Source of the DNA: Propionibacterium ruminifibrarum
Lineage (GTDB): Bacteria > Actinomycetota > Actinomycetes > Propionibacteriales > Propionibacteriaceae
DNA: 32,000 nt
Direction: 5' to 3'
Assembly (NCBI RefSeq): GCF_900289195.1
Contig: NZ_OMOH01000001.1
Location: forward strand, 298,706-330,705
The translations under genes were made by a program, and so were the position numbers. The notes under the pieces were generated by a model that worked only from the letters and a program-made list of their open reading frames with translations, did not search any database and was not told the DNA's origin. The first letter of the stretch is position 1. The number at the start of each line of letters is the position of its first letter. Shown piece by piece: positions 17,351 through 25,119 of the stretch.

Positions 17351-19273
17351 ATGCTAGCCAATCTATTCAGCTCATACGAACTCAAAGGAAAGACCCTCAG
17401 GAATCGAACCGTGGTCGCTCCCATGGTCATGAACCTGTGCAATTCCGATGGTACGTGCACCGAACGCTTCATCGCCTATCATGAGGCGAAGGCGCAAGGC
17501 GGCTTCGGGATGATCATCACCGAAGACTTCGCCGTCATGCCGCATGCGAAGGGGTTCGTCGGAGTACCCGGTCTCTGGGCGGACAGTCAAGTCGAGGGCT
17601 TCAAGGAGTTCACGGACCGGATTCATCGGTTGGGCGCCGTCGTCGTTGCGCAAATCTATCATTGCGGACGTCAAACCACGGAGGCAATCAGCGGAGAACA
17701 ACCTTGGGCGCCATCGGCCAACCCGTGTCCGCTCAGCTGGGAGATTCCGCACGAGATGACAACTGAGGAGATTGACGAGGTGACGGAAGCCTTTGGTGAT
17801 TGCGCCAGGCGCGCCGAGGCCGCGGGATTTGACGGAGTCGAATTGCACGGTGCGCATGGCTATCTCCTGGCCGAGTTCACCTCGCCCTATTCGAACCAAC
17901 GGACGGATGAGTACGGCGGTGGCCTTGAGAACCGAGTTCGATTCGCCGAAGAAGTCATCCGTAATGTGCGCGCCAAGGTCAGTCCAGAATTCATCGTGGG
18001 CTACCGAATTTCCGGCGACGAATACGTATCAGGAGGCCGCACCATTGAAGACACCAAGACGATCGTGCCGTACCTGGAGAAAGCGGGTATCGACTACGTC
18101 CATGTCAGTGCTGGCTGTTATGGCGCGTTGGGCGCCCTCTGCCCCTCCATGTACACGCGACATGCCTGGATCGCGGACGATGCGAGAGAGGTCAAGCAGG
18201 TGACAAACCTGCCCGTCATATCCGTGGGCCGATACAACGACATGCGCATCGCGGATGAGGTGCTGGCCTGTGGCAAGGCCGATCTCATCGCATTCGGCCG
18301 TGCCTCGCTAGCCGACCCGGCAGCACCCAACAAGGCAAGGGCGGGTGATTTTGAAGACATCATCACGTGCATTGGATGTGAGCAGGGTTGCCTTGGTGAA
18401 ATTTACAAGCAGGAGCCGGGCGGCTGCATCCTGAATCCTTTCACAGCACATGAGTACAACACTCCGGTGACGGTAAGAGCCGAGCACCCCAAGAAGGTCA
18501 TGGTGGTGGGGGCCGGGCCCGCGGGAGCGGCGGCCGCCATTGAAGCAGCCAAGGCGGGGCATCAGGTTGAGGTCTATGAGCGAAGAAAATGGGCCGGCGG
18601 ACAGTTCCGGCTCGGCGCGGTTCCGCCCAGCAAGGGTGAGATAGCCTCGTTCATCCGCTGGCAGGTGCACCAGCTGGAGAAAATGGGCGTCCCGATTCAT
18701 TGGGCAACAGAAGTCACCAGAGCACTTGTCGAGGAGAAGCGACCGGACGTCGTCGTGATTGCCACAGGCGCCAAACCCATCATCCCCAAGACCATTCCCG
18801 GGATCGGGAGTGCACATGTCACGACCGCCCATGACGTCCTGGCGGGTGAGACGCTCGCCGGGGAGCGAAATGTCGTCATCGGCGGTGGTTCCGTGGGCTG
18901 TGAGACAGCGAATTTCATCGCCGCCAGCCACAAATCGGTGACAGTCGTGGAGATGTTGGACGACATCGCCGTCGACGAAGAGGCCCCCACCAGGCAGGAT
19001 CTCCTCGCCGACATGGAGGGCCACCGCGTCCGGGTGCTCACCGAGACAACCGTGCAAGAGATCAAGCAGGACTGTGTCGTACTCGAGGGGAAGTCCGCCG
19101 GCACGGTCAAGGCCGACAAGGTGATCCTGGCCATCGGTTCCACGCCCGTGACCGCCTTGGCAGATGAGCTCGGCGACCTGGATTGCCGGGTCGAGCTGAT
19201 CGGCGATGCCGCGCAAACCGGCCTGGCGGGCAAGGCGATCAGGGCGGGCTTTGAGCTCGGCAGGTCACTGTGA
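17351..19273 (+). CDS. NADH:flavin oxidoreductase / 2,4-dienoyl-CoA-reductase-family Fe-S flavoenzyme (OYE barrel + 4Fe-4S + FAD/NAD(P) domain, 640 aa)
   Basis: ORF 17102..19273 trimmed to ATG 17351, preceded by GAGGGGAAG. Motifs are TVVAPMV, IYHCGRQ and ELHGAHGYLLAEFTSPYSNQRTDEYGG. The Fe-S motif is CIGCEQGCLGEIYKQEPGGC (C-x2-C-x3-C-x11-C). Rossmann motifs are VMVVGAGPAGAAAAIEAAKAGHQVEVYE and VVIGGGSVGCE. GC is visibly lower and A/T-ending codons more common than in neighbouring genes. Confidence 0.88.
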   Translation: MLANLFSSYELKGKTLRNRTVVAPMVMNLCNSDGTCTERFIAYHEAKAQGGFGMIITEDFAVMPHAKGFVGVPGLWADSQVEGFKEFTDRIHRLGAVVVAQIYHCGRQTTEAISGEQPWAPSANPCPLSWEIPHEMTTEEIDEVTEAFGDCARRAEAAGFDGVELHGAHGYLLAEFTSPYSNQRTDEYGGGLENRVRFAEEVIRNVRAKVSPEFIVGYRISGDEYVSGGRTIEDTKTIVPYLEKAGIDYVHVSAGCYGALGALCPSMYTRHAWIADDAREVKQVTNLPVISVGRYNDMRIADEVLACGKADLIAFGRASLADPAAPNKARAGDFEDIITCIGCEQGCLGEIYKQEPGGCILNPFTAHEYNTPVTVRAEHPKKVMVVGAGPAGAAAAIEAAKAGHQVEVYERRKWAGGQFRLGAVPPSKGEIASFIRWQVHQLEKMGVPIHWATEVTRALVEEKRPDVVVIATGAKPIIPKTIPGIGSAHVTTAHDVLAGETLAGERNVVIGGGSVGCETANFIAASHKSVTVVEMLDDIAVDEEAPTRQDLLADMEGHRVRVLTETTVQEIKQDCVVLEGKSAGTVKADKVILAIGSTPVTALADELGDLDCRVELIGDAAQTGLAGKAIRAGFELGRSL

Positions 19274-19463
19274 TGACGTCACCCAGCCGTTCCCTCGGAA
19301 GGCGGCAAGAACCCCCGGCCCCGCGGGACCTCACCATTGACCGGGTTCGCGTCAACGGTCGAGACCGGTGACTTGGACCGGTTCACCGGCGCGAGCATCG
19401 CGTCCTGTCCGGGACTGGCGCCCAGCGAGCACTCCAGCGGCGAGGGCATGCTTTTCCCAACAA

Positions 19464-19507
19464 GATCTGGCCGTTTCCTCTCTTCTTCGGCCTGAAACGG
19501 CCAGATC
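19464..19507. repeat. Perfect 14-bp inverted repeat (GATCTGGCCGTTTC / GAAACGGCCAGATC) with 16-nt spacer; candidate terminator or protein-binding site
   Basis: Left arm 19464-19477, right arm 19494-19507. On the minus strand the hairpin is followed by TTGTTGGG. Confidence 0.6.
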
Positions 19508-19739
19508 CTGTGGGATTTGGCATACCTGCCCACACGCCACACCCCGGCACCGGCAATGAACAGGTGCCTTCGCGCAACCAGCACGGGGGCACCCGACCCT
19601 GCCACGAGGCAGGGACACCACACATCAGCCGAGCAGGTTTGTGCCCGAGCAGCCGGTCACCCCGGCTCATGTCCTGGACGGGTCGGACGGGTGGGCCCTG
19701 CTCGCCATGAGCGTGCGGACCGCCCCCGGGCAGGCCAGG

Positions 19740-19761
19740 ACTGTCCGTCACGACACCGACC
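19740..19761 (-). promoter_or_regulatory. RecA-NDp-like motif facing the non-coding spacer (speculative)
   Basis: The minus strand reads GGTCGGTG-tcgtgacg-GACAGT. The hexamer has A2 and T6. The homologous position in copy A reads GGCCGGTG-ccgtggcg-GACGGC, which has no usable -10. Confidence 0.3.
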
Positions 19762-20062
19762 CGCGCCTGCGCCCGCCCCGTGATCGTCCGGCGCGCTGAC
19801 CCCCCCCCGCGCGCATGACCGCGCTTCGAGTCTCACGGTCACCACCGTTGATCATTCAATACCGCCCGATAATCCGTGAACGACATCGATGATTCGACAT
19901 CAAGACTGTTCCACGGCTCATCGATGAAATCGTTGTGACAGGGAATGATGAGCTTCACCAAGGACCAGCGGATGGGGATTTTCGTCGCCCAAGTCATCAG
20001 GATCCCCTAACCTCAATGCCCAGAAAAATGGCCGATAAACCGATGATGTTCTGGACGTCGAG

Positions 20063-20071
20063 TGTTATGTT
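20063..20071 (+). promoter_or_regulatory. Extended -10 promoter element TGtTATGTT (copy B) for OYE2
   Basis: Same 9-mer as copy A, 48 nt upstream of ATG 20119. Confidence 0.55.
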
Positions 20072-20096
20072 CAGCTTTAACCGAGGTTCGGGTGAG

Positions 20097-20117
20097 CCGA
20101 GTTCAAGGAGGAACCGG
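20097..20117 (+). promoter_or_regulatory. Leader hairpin around the Shine-Dalgarno sequence (copy B)
   Basis: CCGaGTTC-AAGGAG-GAACCGG. The only difference from copy A within these 21 nt is the unpaired bulge base (G to A). Confidence 0.4.
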
Positions 20118-20118
20118 T

Positions 20119-22137
20119 ATGTCTGCATCCCTGCATCCAGAGTTGTTCGAGCCCACCACGGTGGGCAGTATCGAGGTGAAGAATCATTTCGCGATGGGGC
20201 CGATGGGCCCCTTGGGGTTCGCCGATGCCGAGGGCGGGTGGAACCAGCGCGGGATCGAGTTCTACGCGACGCGGGCTCGCGGCGGGATCGGCTTGATCAT
20301 CACGGGCGTGTGCCAGGTGACGAATCCCGCCGACGCCGTCCCGCCGGGCATCTTCCCCAATCCGACCCAGTCCCCGGGGGTCTTCCTCACCACGAGCCGA
20401 GACCTCACCGAACGTGTTCACGGCTATGACGCGAAGATCGTCCTGCAGGCGGGAGCGGGCTTCGGCCGGGTGCTTTTCCCGGGTGTCCTCGGCGGCCGCA
20501 CGCCGGTGGCCCCGTCGGCGATCCCCTACCGATGGGATCCCACCATCACCTGCCGTGAAATGACGGTGGAGGAGATCAAGGGCGTCGTCGCGCAATTCCG
20601 GATTGTCGGAATGGTAGCACGCGAGGCCGGATTTGACGGCATTCAGGTGCACGCGATCCACGAGGGCTATCTGCTCGACCAATTCGCGATCTCACTCTTC
20701 AACCACCGCACTGATGAATACGGTGGCCCGCTGGAGAATCGGCTGCGTTTCGCCCGTGAAGTGGTCGAGGCCATTCATGAATCAGCCGGCGATGACTTTC
20801 CCGTCCAGCTCCGCTTCTCCCCGAAGTCGATGATCAAGGCCCTCGGGGTGGGCGCCATGCCGGGCGAGAGTTTCAGCGAATTGGGACGCGACATCGACGA
20901 GGGCATCGAAGCGGCCCGTCTTCTCGAGTCCTACGGCTACGAGGCCCTCGACGTCGATGTCGGCTCCTACGACGCCTGGTACTGGAGTCACCCGCCGATG
21001 TACCAGGACAAGGGCCTGTACGTCCCCTACGCGCGCCAGCTGCACGAGGCCTGCCCCGACATCCCGCTGATCGTCGCCGGACGCATGGATGATCCCGAGC
21101 TGGCGGCCGCGGCCACGGCCGACGGCACGGCGACGCTGGTCTCGCTCGCCCGGCCGACACTCGCGGACCCGGACATCGTCAACAAGCTCCAGCGCGGGCG
21201 ACGCGACCTGGTCCGCCCCTGCATCTCGTGCCAGGAGGGCTGCATCGGTCGCATCGAGAAGTACTCGTCCCTGCGCTGCGCAGTCAACCCGCTCGCGGCC
21301 CGTGAGATCGAACGTCCGATGCCGCAGGCCACCGATCGCACACGGATGCGCGTCCTCATCGTCGGCGGCGGCGTTGCGGGGATGGAGGCCGCACGGGTTC
21401 TGGCCGAGCGTGGCCACATCCCGGTGCTCCACGAGGCGTCCGACCGGCTCGGAGGGGTCGTCATCGCAGGCGGCCAACCCTCGTTCAAACGGGATGACCT
21501 CGCCCTGATCGCCTGGTACGAGCGTCAACTCGAGAATCTCGGGGTCGAGGTGCACCTGGGCTCACGAGTCGACGCCGACCTGATCCGTCGGTCCGGAGCC
21601 GACCACGTCCTCGTCGCAACGGGTTCGACGCCGCAGTCCCTCGATCTCGGCGAGGGCATACCGGTCGTCGAGGCAACGGACGCCCTGCTCGACCCGGGCT
21701 CCCTGGGCGACCGGGTCGCCATCGTGGGCGGAGGCCTCACCGGCTGCGAACTGGCCATCTCGCTGCGCGAACGCGGCACCGAGGTCACGATCGTCGAGGC
21801 GCTGTCGGACGTCCTGGAGAAGAACGCGCCCCTGTGCATGGCGAACCACGTGATGCTTCACGATCTGGTCCCGTACCGCGGGGTCGAGGTACTGACCGGG
21901 GCCCGCGCGAACCGCGTCAATGACGAGGGCCTGCTCGTCACCGTCGACGGTGCGGAAAGACTGGTGCCGGCGACGACGGTCGTCACCGCAATCGGCTACA
22001 CACCCCGACACGAGCTGCTGTCCGAAGTGAGAGCAGCAGGCATCCCATGCCACGTCGTGGGTGACGCGCGACGGTGCGCCAACATCATGTACGCGATCTG
22101 GGACGCCTTCGAGGTCGCCAGCCAGCTGGAGAAGTAG
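20119..22137 (+). CDS. 2-enoate-reductase-like Fe-S flavoenzyme (OYE barrel + 4Fe-4S + FAD/NAD(P) domain, 672 aa)
   Basis: ATG 20119 follows AAGGAGG. Motifs are [26 protein letters not shown] (a form I associate with clostridial 2-enoate reductases), [42 protein letters not shown] and [12 protein letters not shown]. Confidence 0.88.
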   Translation: MSASLHPELFEPTTVGSIEVKNHFAMGPMGPLGFADAEGGWNQRGIEFYATRARGGIGLIITGVCQVTNPADAVPPGIFPNPTQSPGVFLTTSRDLTERVHGYDAKIVLQAGAGFGRVLFPGVLGGRTPVAPSAIPYRWDPTITCREMTVEEIKGVVAQFRIVGMVAREAGFDGIQVHAIHEGYLLDQFAISLFNHRTDEYGGPLENRLRFAREVVEAIHESAGDDFPVQLRFSPKSMIKALGVGAMPGESFSELGRDIDEGIEAARLLESYGYEALDVDVGSYDAWYWSHPPMYQDKGLYVPYARQLHEACPDIPLIVAGRMDDPELAAAATADGTATLVSLARPTLADPDIVNKLQRGRRDLVRPCISCQEGCIGRIEKYSSLRCAVNPLAAREIERPMPQATDRTRMRVLIVGGGVAGMEAARVLAERGHIPVLHEASDRLGGVVIAGGQPSFKRDDLALIAWYERQLENLGVEVHLGSRVDADLIRRSGADHVLVATGSTPQSLDLGEGIPVVEATDALLDPGSLGDRVAIVGGGLTGCELAISLRERGTEVTIVEALSDVLEKNAPLCMANHVMLHDLVPYRGVEVLTGARANRVNDEGLLVTVDGAERLVPATTVVTAIGYTPRHELLSEVRAAGIPCHVVGDARRCANIMYAIWDAFEVASQLEK

Positions 22138-22149
22138 CTGCCCGGCCCT

Positions 22150-22182
22150 CCGGCGCGGCGTCCACCGGAGCCGTCGCGCCGG
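22150..22182 (+). terminator. GC-rich hairpin after OYE2 (possible terminator, no U-tract)
   Basis: CCGGCGCGGCG (22150-22160) pairs with CGTCGCGCCGG (22172-22182). The stem is 11 bp with one mismatch and the loop is 11 nt. Confidence 0.35.
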
Positions 22183-22418
22183 ACATGGCCGATGCGGCCG
22201 GCTCGCCCCATCGAGCGCCCGACCGTGCAGATGACCGGCGGGCGGAGGGGCCGCGACGCCATTCGTCCTTCCCAGTGGGGGCGGGAGTGTGGAAGGATGA
22301 AAGCGCTGTTCACGCCGTAACGGCGACATCATCCCGCCAGTCCCGGAGCCCGTCGATGACGTTCGACGAGACTGGTAGCGGCCCGCCAAGGCCCGGGAGC
22401 AACGATAGGGAGTACCAC

Positions 22419-22625
22419 ATGGCCACTGGAACTGTGAAGTGGTTCAACGCGGAGAAGGGCTACGGTTTCATCGCTGTCGACGGTGCGGGGGACGATGTCT
22501 TCGTCCACTACTCCGCCATCGAGACCAGCGGTTTCCGCTCGCTCGACGAGGGCCAGAGGGTCGAGTTCGACGTCGCACAGAGCCCCAAGGGTCAGCAGGC
22601 CGAGCACGTGAAGCCGCTCAGTTGA
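22419..22625 (+). CDS. cspA: Cold-shock protein CspA family (68 aa)
   Basis: [52 protein letters not shown] contains RNP1 KGYGFI and RNP2 VFVHY. The upstream non-coding region is about 280 nt. Confidence 0.95.
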   Translation: MATGTVKWFNAEKGYGFIAVDGAGDDVFVHYSAIETSGFRSLDEGQRVEFDVAQSPKGQQAEHVKPLS

Positions 22626-22643
22626 CCCACCGGCCCTCCTGAC

Positions 22644-22673
22644 GGGAGGTCCCGCCCATGGGCGTGGCCTCCC
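22644..22673 (+). terminator. Imperfect hairpin after cspA (probable terminator)
   Basis: GGGAGGtccCGCCCA / TGGGCGtggCCTCCC gives two 6-bp helices around a 3x3 internal loop. It also argues against the 22658 start of the next ORF. Confidence 0.45.
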
Positions 22674-22834
22674 GTCGACCATGTGGTGGGTTGCTCCTCC
22701 TCTCGCATAGGATGCTGACGACTCATTCCGGGCCGGACCGGCCCATGACACACCCGGTCGCCACGGTGCGGCGATTTCCCGTGGGGGTGCTCCGGGTGCT
22801 GAACTGGAGTGCACACGCCGATCAGGGAAGTCAG

Positions 22835-23821
22835 ATGACCACTGGACCACGAGCCACGGGGCGCGATGATCTGCGCCGCGGACCCGCGGTGTGGGCAGGT
22901 GGCGCATCGCACGTGGGCTCCAAGACTCCCCCCAACCAGGACGCACTGGCCGTCGCGGCAACCAACGCCGCCGCACATCACAGCGCCATCGCCGCGGTCT
23001 CCGATGGTGTCTCCACCTCACCCCACTCCGAGTTGGCCAGCCAGATCGCCGTCGACGCGGCCACCGATTCCCTGATCGGTGCGCTCACCCGGCACCCGGC
23101 GACCAGCGACCCGGATGACCTGTGCCTGGCCATGCGGATGGCCGTCCTCACGGCCCAGGACGAGATCGTCGCGCAGGCCGGCCACGACATCGATGGGTAC
23201 GCCTGCACCCTGGTCCTCGCGCTCTTCCACCGCGGCCTCGTGATCGTCGCCAATGTCGGGGACTCGCGGGCCTACTGGTTCGGTGACAGCGGCACGAACA
23301 TGATCCTCACCACCGATGACTCGATGGCGCAATTGAGCATCTCGCTCGGCACACCACGCGAGATCGCCGAGGCGAGCGCCCAGGCGCATGCCATCACGAA
23401 GTGGCTGGGCCCCAGCTCACCGGGTCTCGACCCCACGATCTCGCCCTTCCGCGTCGCCGAACCCGGCTGGCTGATGGTCTGCACCGATGGCCTGTGGAAC
23501 TACGCCTCCGACGCCGACGAACTCCGCAATGTCTTCAACCATCTTCCGGTCAGCGCCGACGCCAGCGCCGAGAAACTGTCGGTCGCGCTCGTCGACTGGG
23601 CCAACGAACAGGGCGGCCACGACAACATCAGCGTCGGCCTCATTCGCATCGACGAGGACGACCTGCGCGGTGTACCGGCCCGGGCGGCGCAGGAGCCCTC
23701 CATGGATTCCCCCGCCCGCAGCGCCGAGCCCCCGTTGCGGCGCGCGTCCACCGAGGACGAGCCGGCGGTCTCCCGGCCCGGCCCTTCCGAGGCATCGCCC
23801 CAGCCGGAACTGCCCCTGTGA
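22835..23821 (+). CDS. PP2C-family Ser/Thr protein phosphatase, atypical motif II (328 aa from ATG 22835)
   Basis: Motifs are PPNQDA, AAVSDGVSTSPHSELAS, LVIVANVGDSRAYW, MVCTDGLWNY and GGHDNISVGLIRI. The C-terminal 60 aa or so is Pro/Ser/Glu-rich. The start is uncertain, with alternatives at 22745 or 22658. Confidence 0.8.
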   Translation: MTTGPRATGRDDLRRGPAVWAGGASHVGSKTPPNQDALAVAATNAAAHHSAIAAVSDGVSTSPHSELASQIAVDAATDSLIGALTRHPATSDPDDLCLAMRMAVLTAQDEIVAQAGHDIDGYACTLVLALFHRGLVIVANVGDSRAYWFGDSGTNMILTTDDSMAQLSISLGTPREIAEASAQAHAITKWLGPSSPGLDPTISPFRVAEPGWLMVCTDGLWNYASDADELRNVFNHLPVSADASAEKLSVALVDWANEQGGHDNISVGLIRIDEDDLRGVPARAAQEPSMDSPARSAEPPLRRASTEDEPAVSRPGPSEASPQPELPL

Positions 23822-23885
23822 GGCCTCTCCCCCGCTCCGCTGGCCGCGTGCCGCATCCTTGAGGAACGCCGGTACCGTTGAGGCC

Positions 23886-24113
23886 GTGGATATCAAGATC
23901 GGCATCGAGAACGTCACCCGCGAACTGTCCATCGAGACCGAACAGTCTCGCGAGGACATCACAGCAGCCCTCTCCGCGGCCCTCGCCAGCGAGAACGGTC
24001 TGCTCACCATCGCCGACTCCAGAGGCCGCCAGGTCATCGTCCCCGCGGCCCGGATCGCGTACATCGAGTTCGGTCAGGAGCATGCCCGCCAGGTCGGTTT
24101 CGGCGCGATCTGA
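23886..24113 (+). CDS. DUF3107 family small protein (TB9.4-like, 75 aa)
   Basis: VDIKIGIENVTRELSIETEQSREDITAALSAALASENGLLTIADSRGRQVIVPAARIAYIEFG. The sequence pattern and the position next to a DEAD-box helicase match my memory of DUF3107. The GTG start is inferred. Confidence 0.7.
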   Translation: MDIKIGIENVTRELSIETEQSREDITAALSAALASENGLLTIADSRGRQVIVPAARIAYIEFGQEHARQVGFGAI

Positions 24114-24132
24114 CCGCCGAACGCGGCAGGCC

Positions 24133-24933
24133 TCACGTGCCGAGCCCGAGACGGGCGAGGCGCTTGCCGTGCTCGACCATGAGTCTTTCGAGGAGTTCGC
24201 TGACGACGCCCAGCTCGTCACCAGCAGAGGTGATCGCATCATCGCTGTCGGCCGCGCGGGCGACGAGCGAGGTGAACTCGACCTGCCGCGCGACGAGACG
24301 CTGGATCTGGCCGACGGCCTCCGCCGCGAAGCGTCGGCCGTACAGTGACAGGGCACCTGTCGCGGTGGGATCGGCCTCAAGGGCCTCGGACAGGGAGCGC
24401 CCGGCGAAATCAGTGATGCGCCATGCGGTCGGGCCCGGCTCGATCAAGGCGGCGATCCGGTCGTCCAGCCGGTCGCCGATGGCGGCGACGAAATCGGCGC
24501 GCAGCCCGTTGACGAGCAGCGCGCGCAGCACGCAGGTGTCCCAGGTGCGAGCCCTCGTCGCGCGGGCGAAGGCGTCAAGAGCCTCACGGTATGGCTCCAG
24601 GGTGTCGACGAGCACCAGATCCTGCGCGGCGAGCTGATCGGCGATGCGCTCGAATCGGGCGAACTGGTCGGCGGCGAGCATCGCCACGTCGATGCGCTGG
24701 GCCAGCGTCGGGGCCAGCGGGGCCGAGGCGGTGAGCATCTCGAAGTCCACGAGATCGGCCTGGGCGGTGAAGCCGAGCAGGTCGGCACCGCCGGGGGGCA
24801 GTTCGATGGGACTGGGCGCACGCCCCTCGTCGTGGTGGCGTGCTGCGGCACTCTGCTGGTTGTCTGAGTTGGGGCTCACGACGCCAACATTAGCGGCCCG
24901 GGCCCGATCCGGGCGGGGCGCTGGGGCCATCAT
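24133..24933 (-). CDS. Conserved actinobacterial protein, probably ferritin-like-fold protein paired with the DEAD-box helicase (266 aa; alternative GTG start at 24879)
   Basis: Intact 266-aa ORF, divergent from the helicase, with an Ala/Leu/Asp-rich helical sequence (DLVDFEMLTASAPLAPTLAQRIDVAMLAADQFARFERIADQL..). The family name is from memory of the neighbourhood only. Confidence 0.5.
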   Translation of the reverse strand: MMAPAPRPDRARAANVGVVSPNSDNQQSAAARHHDEGRAPSPIELPPGGADLLGFTAQADLVDFEMLTASAPLAPTLAQRIDVAMLAADQFARFERIADQLAAQDLVLVDTLEPYREALDAFARATRARTWDTCVLRALLVNGLRADFVAAIGDRLDDRIAALIEPGPTAWRITDFAGRSLSEALEADPTATGALSLYGRRFAAEAVGQIQRLVARQVEFTSLVARAADSDDAITSAGDELGVVSELLERLMVEHGKRLARLGLGT

Positions 24934-24937
24934 CGGG

Positions 24938-24943
24938 TAAAAT
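24938..24943 (+). promoter_or_regulatory. Candidate -10 hexamer TAAAAT for the DEAD-box helicase (5' UTR of about 170 nt)
   Basis: This is the only AT-rich hexamer in the 186-bp divergent gap. It is followed by hairpin GGCGCAC-tccc-GTGCGCC (24947-24964). Confidence 0.35.
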
Positions 24944-25119
24944 TGTCACGGCGCACTCCCGTGCGCCGCCTGCACGATGCTCCCGGCGGTGCCGTCGTTC
25001 TCTCATCAGGCGTGCTTCCGGGCCGTACGGCGATCCCGGGTTCCGGTTTCGCACCGCACGCGCATGCAGGCCACCGAACTGCTTGTCCTCCGTTGACGCG
25101 GGGGCGGAGAACCGAGTAC

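Larger units (their letters stand above)
19720..20300. repeat. Copy B of the diverged direct repeat (overlaps the promoter, leader and first 180 nt or so of OYE2); boundaries approximate
   Basis: See copy A. The anchors are collinear at an offset of 3136-3137 bp. The promoter-leader block 20057-20121 is 59/65 identical to 16920-16984. Confidence 0.8.

Noticed and set aside
16799-17357. ORFs in the copy-A leader/stub region (16799..17008, 16930..17268, 17064..17357, 16902..17189) and the 17102-17350 extension of the first flavoenzyme ORF
   Set aside because: They are mutually overlapping frames through a promoter, a leader and a decayed gene stub. The similarity of 16930..17268 to ORF 19935..20429 only reflects nucleotide conservation of the repeat read in a non-coding frame.
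19279-19751. ORFs 19279..19623 (114 aa), 19352..19621 (89 aa) and 19383..19751 (122 aa), considered as a possible transposase/integrase remnant that could explain the insertion
   Set aside because: I found no DDE, HTH or tyrosine-recombinase motifs. There are three overlapping frames of similar length, and a faint resemblance to integrase-core C-termini was not convincing. The region is treated as non-coding.
22329-23021. 230-aa minus-strand ORF spanning cspA and the PP2C 5' end, and the 22074..22418 in-frame extension of cspA
   Set aside because: The first is antisense to an unmistakable cold-shock domain gene. The second would fuse 115 Arg/Pro/Ala-rich residues onto a protein family that is about 67 aa, and it crosses the OYE2 stop and terminator region.
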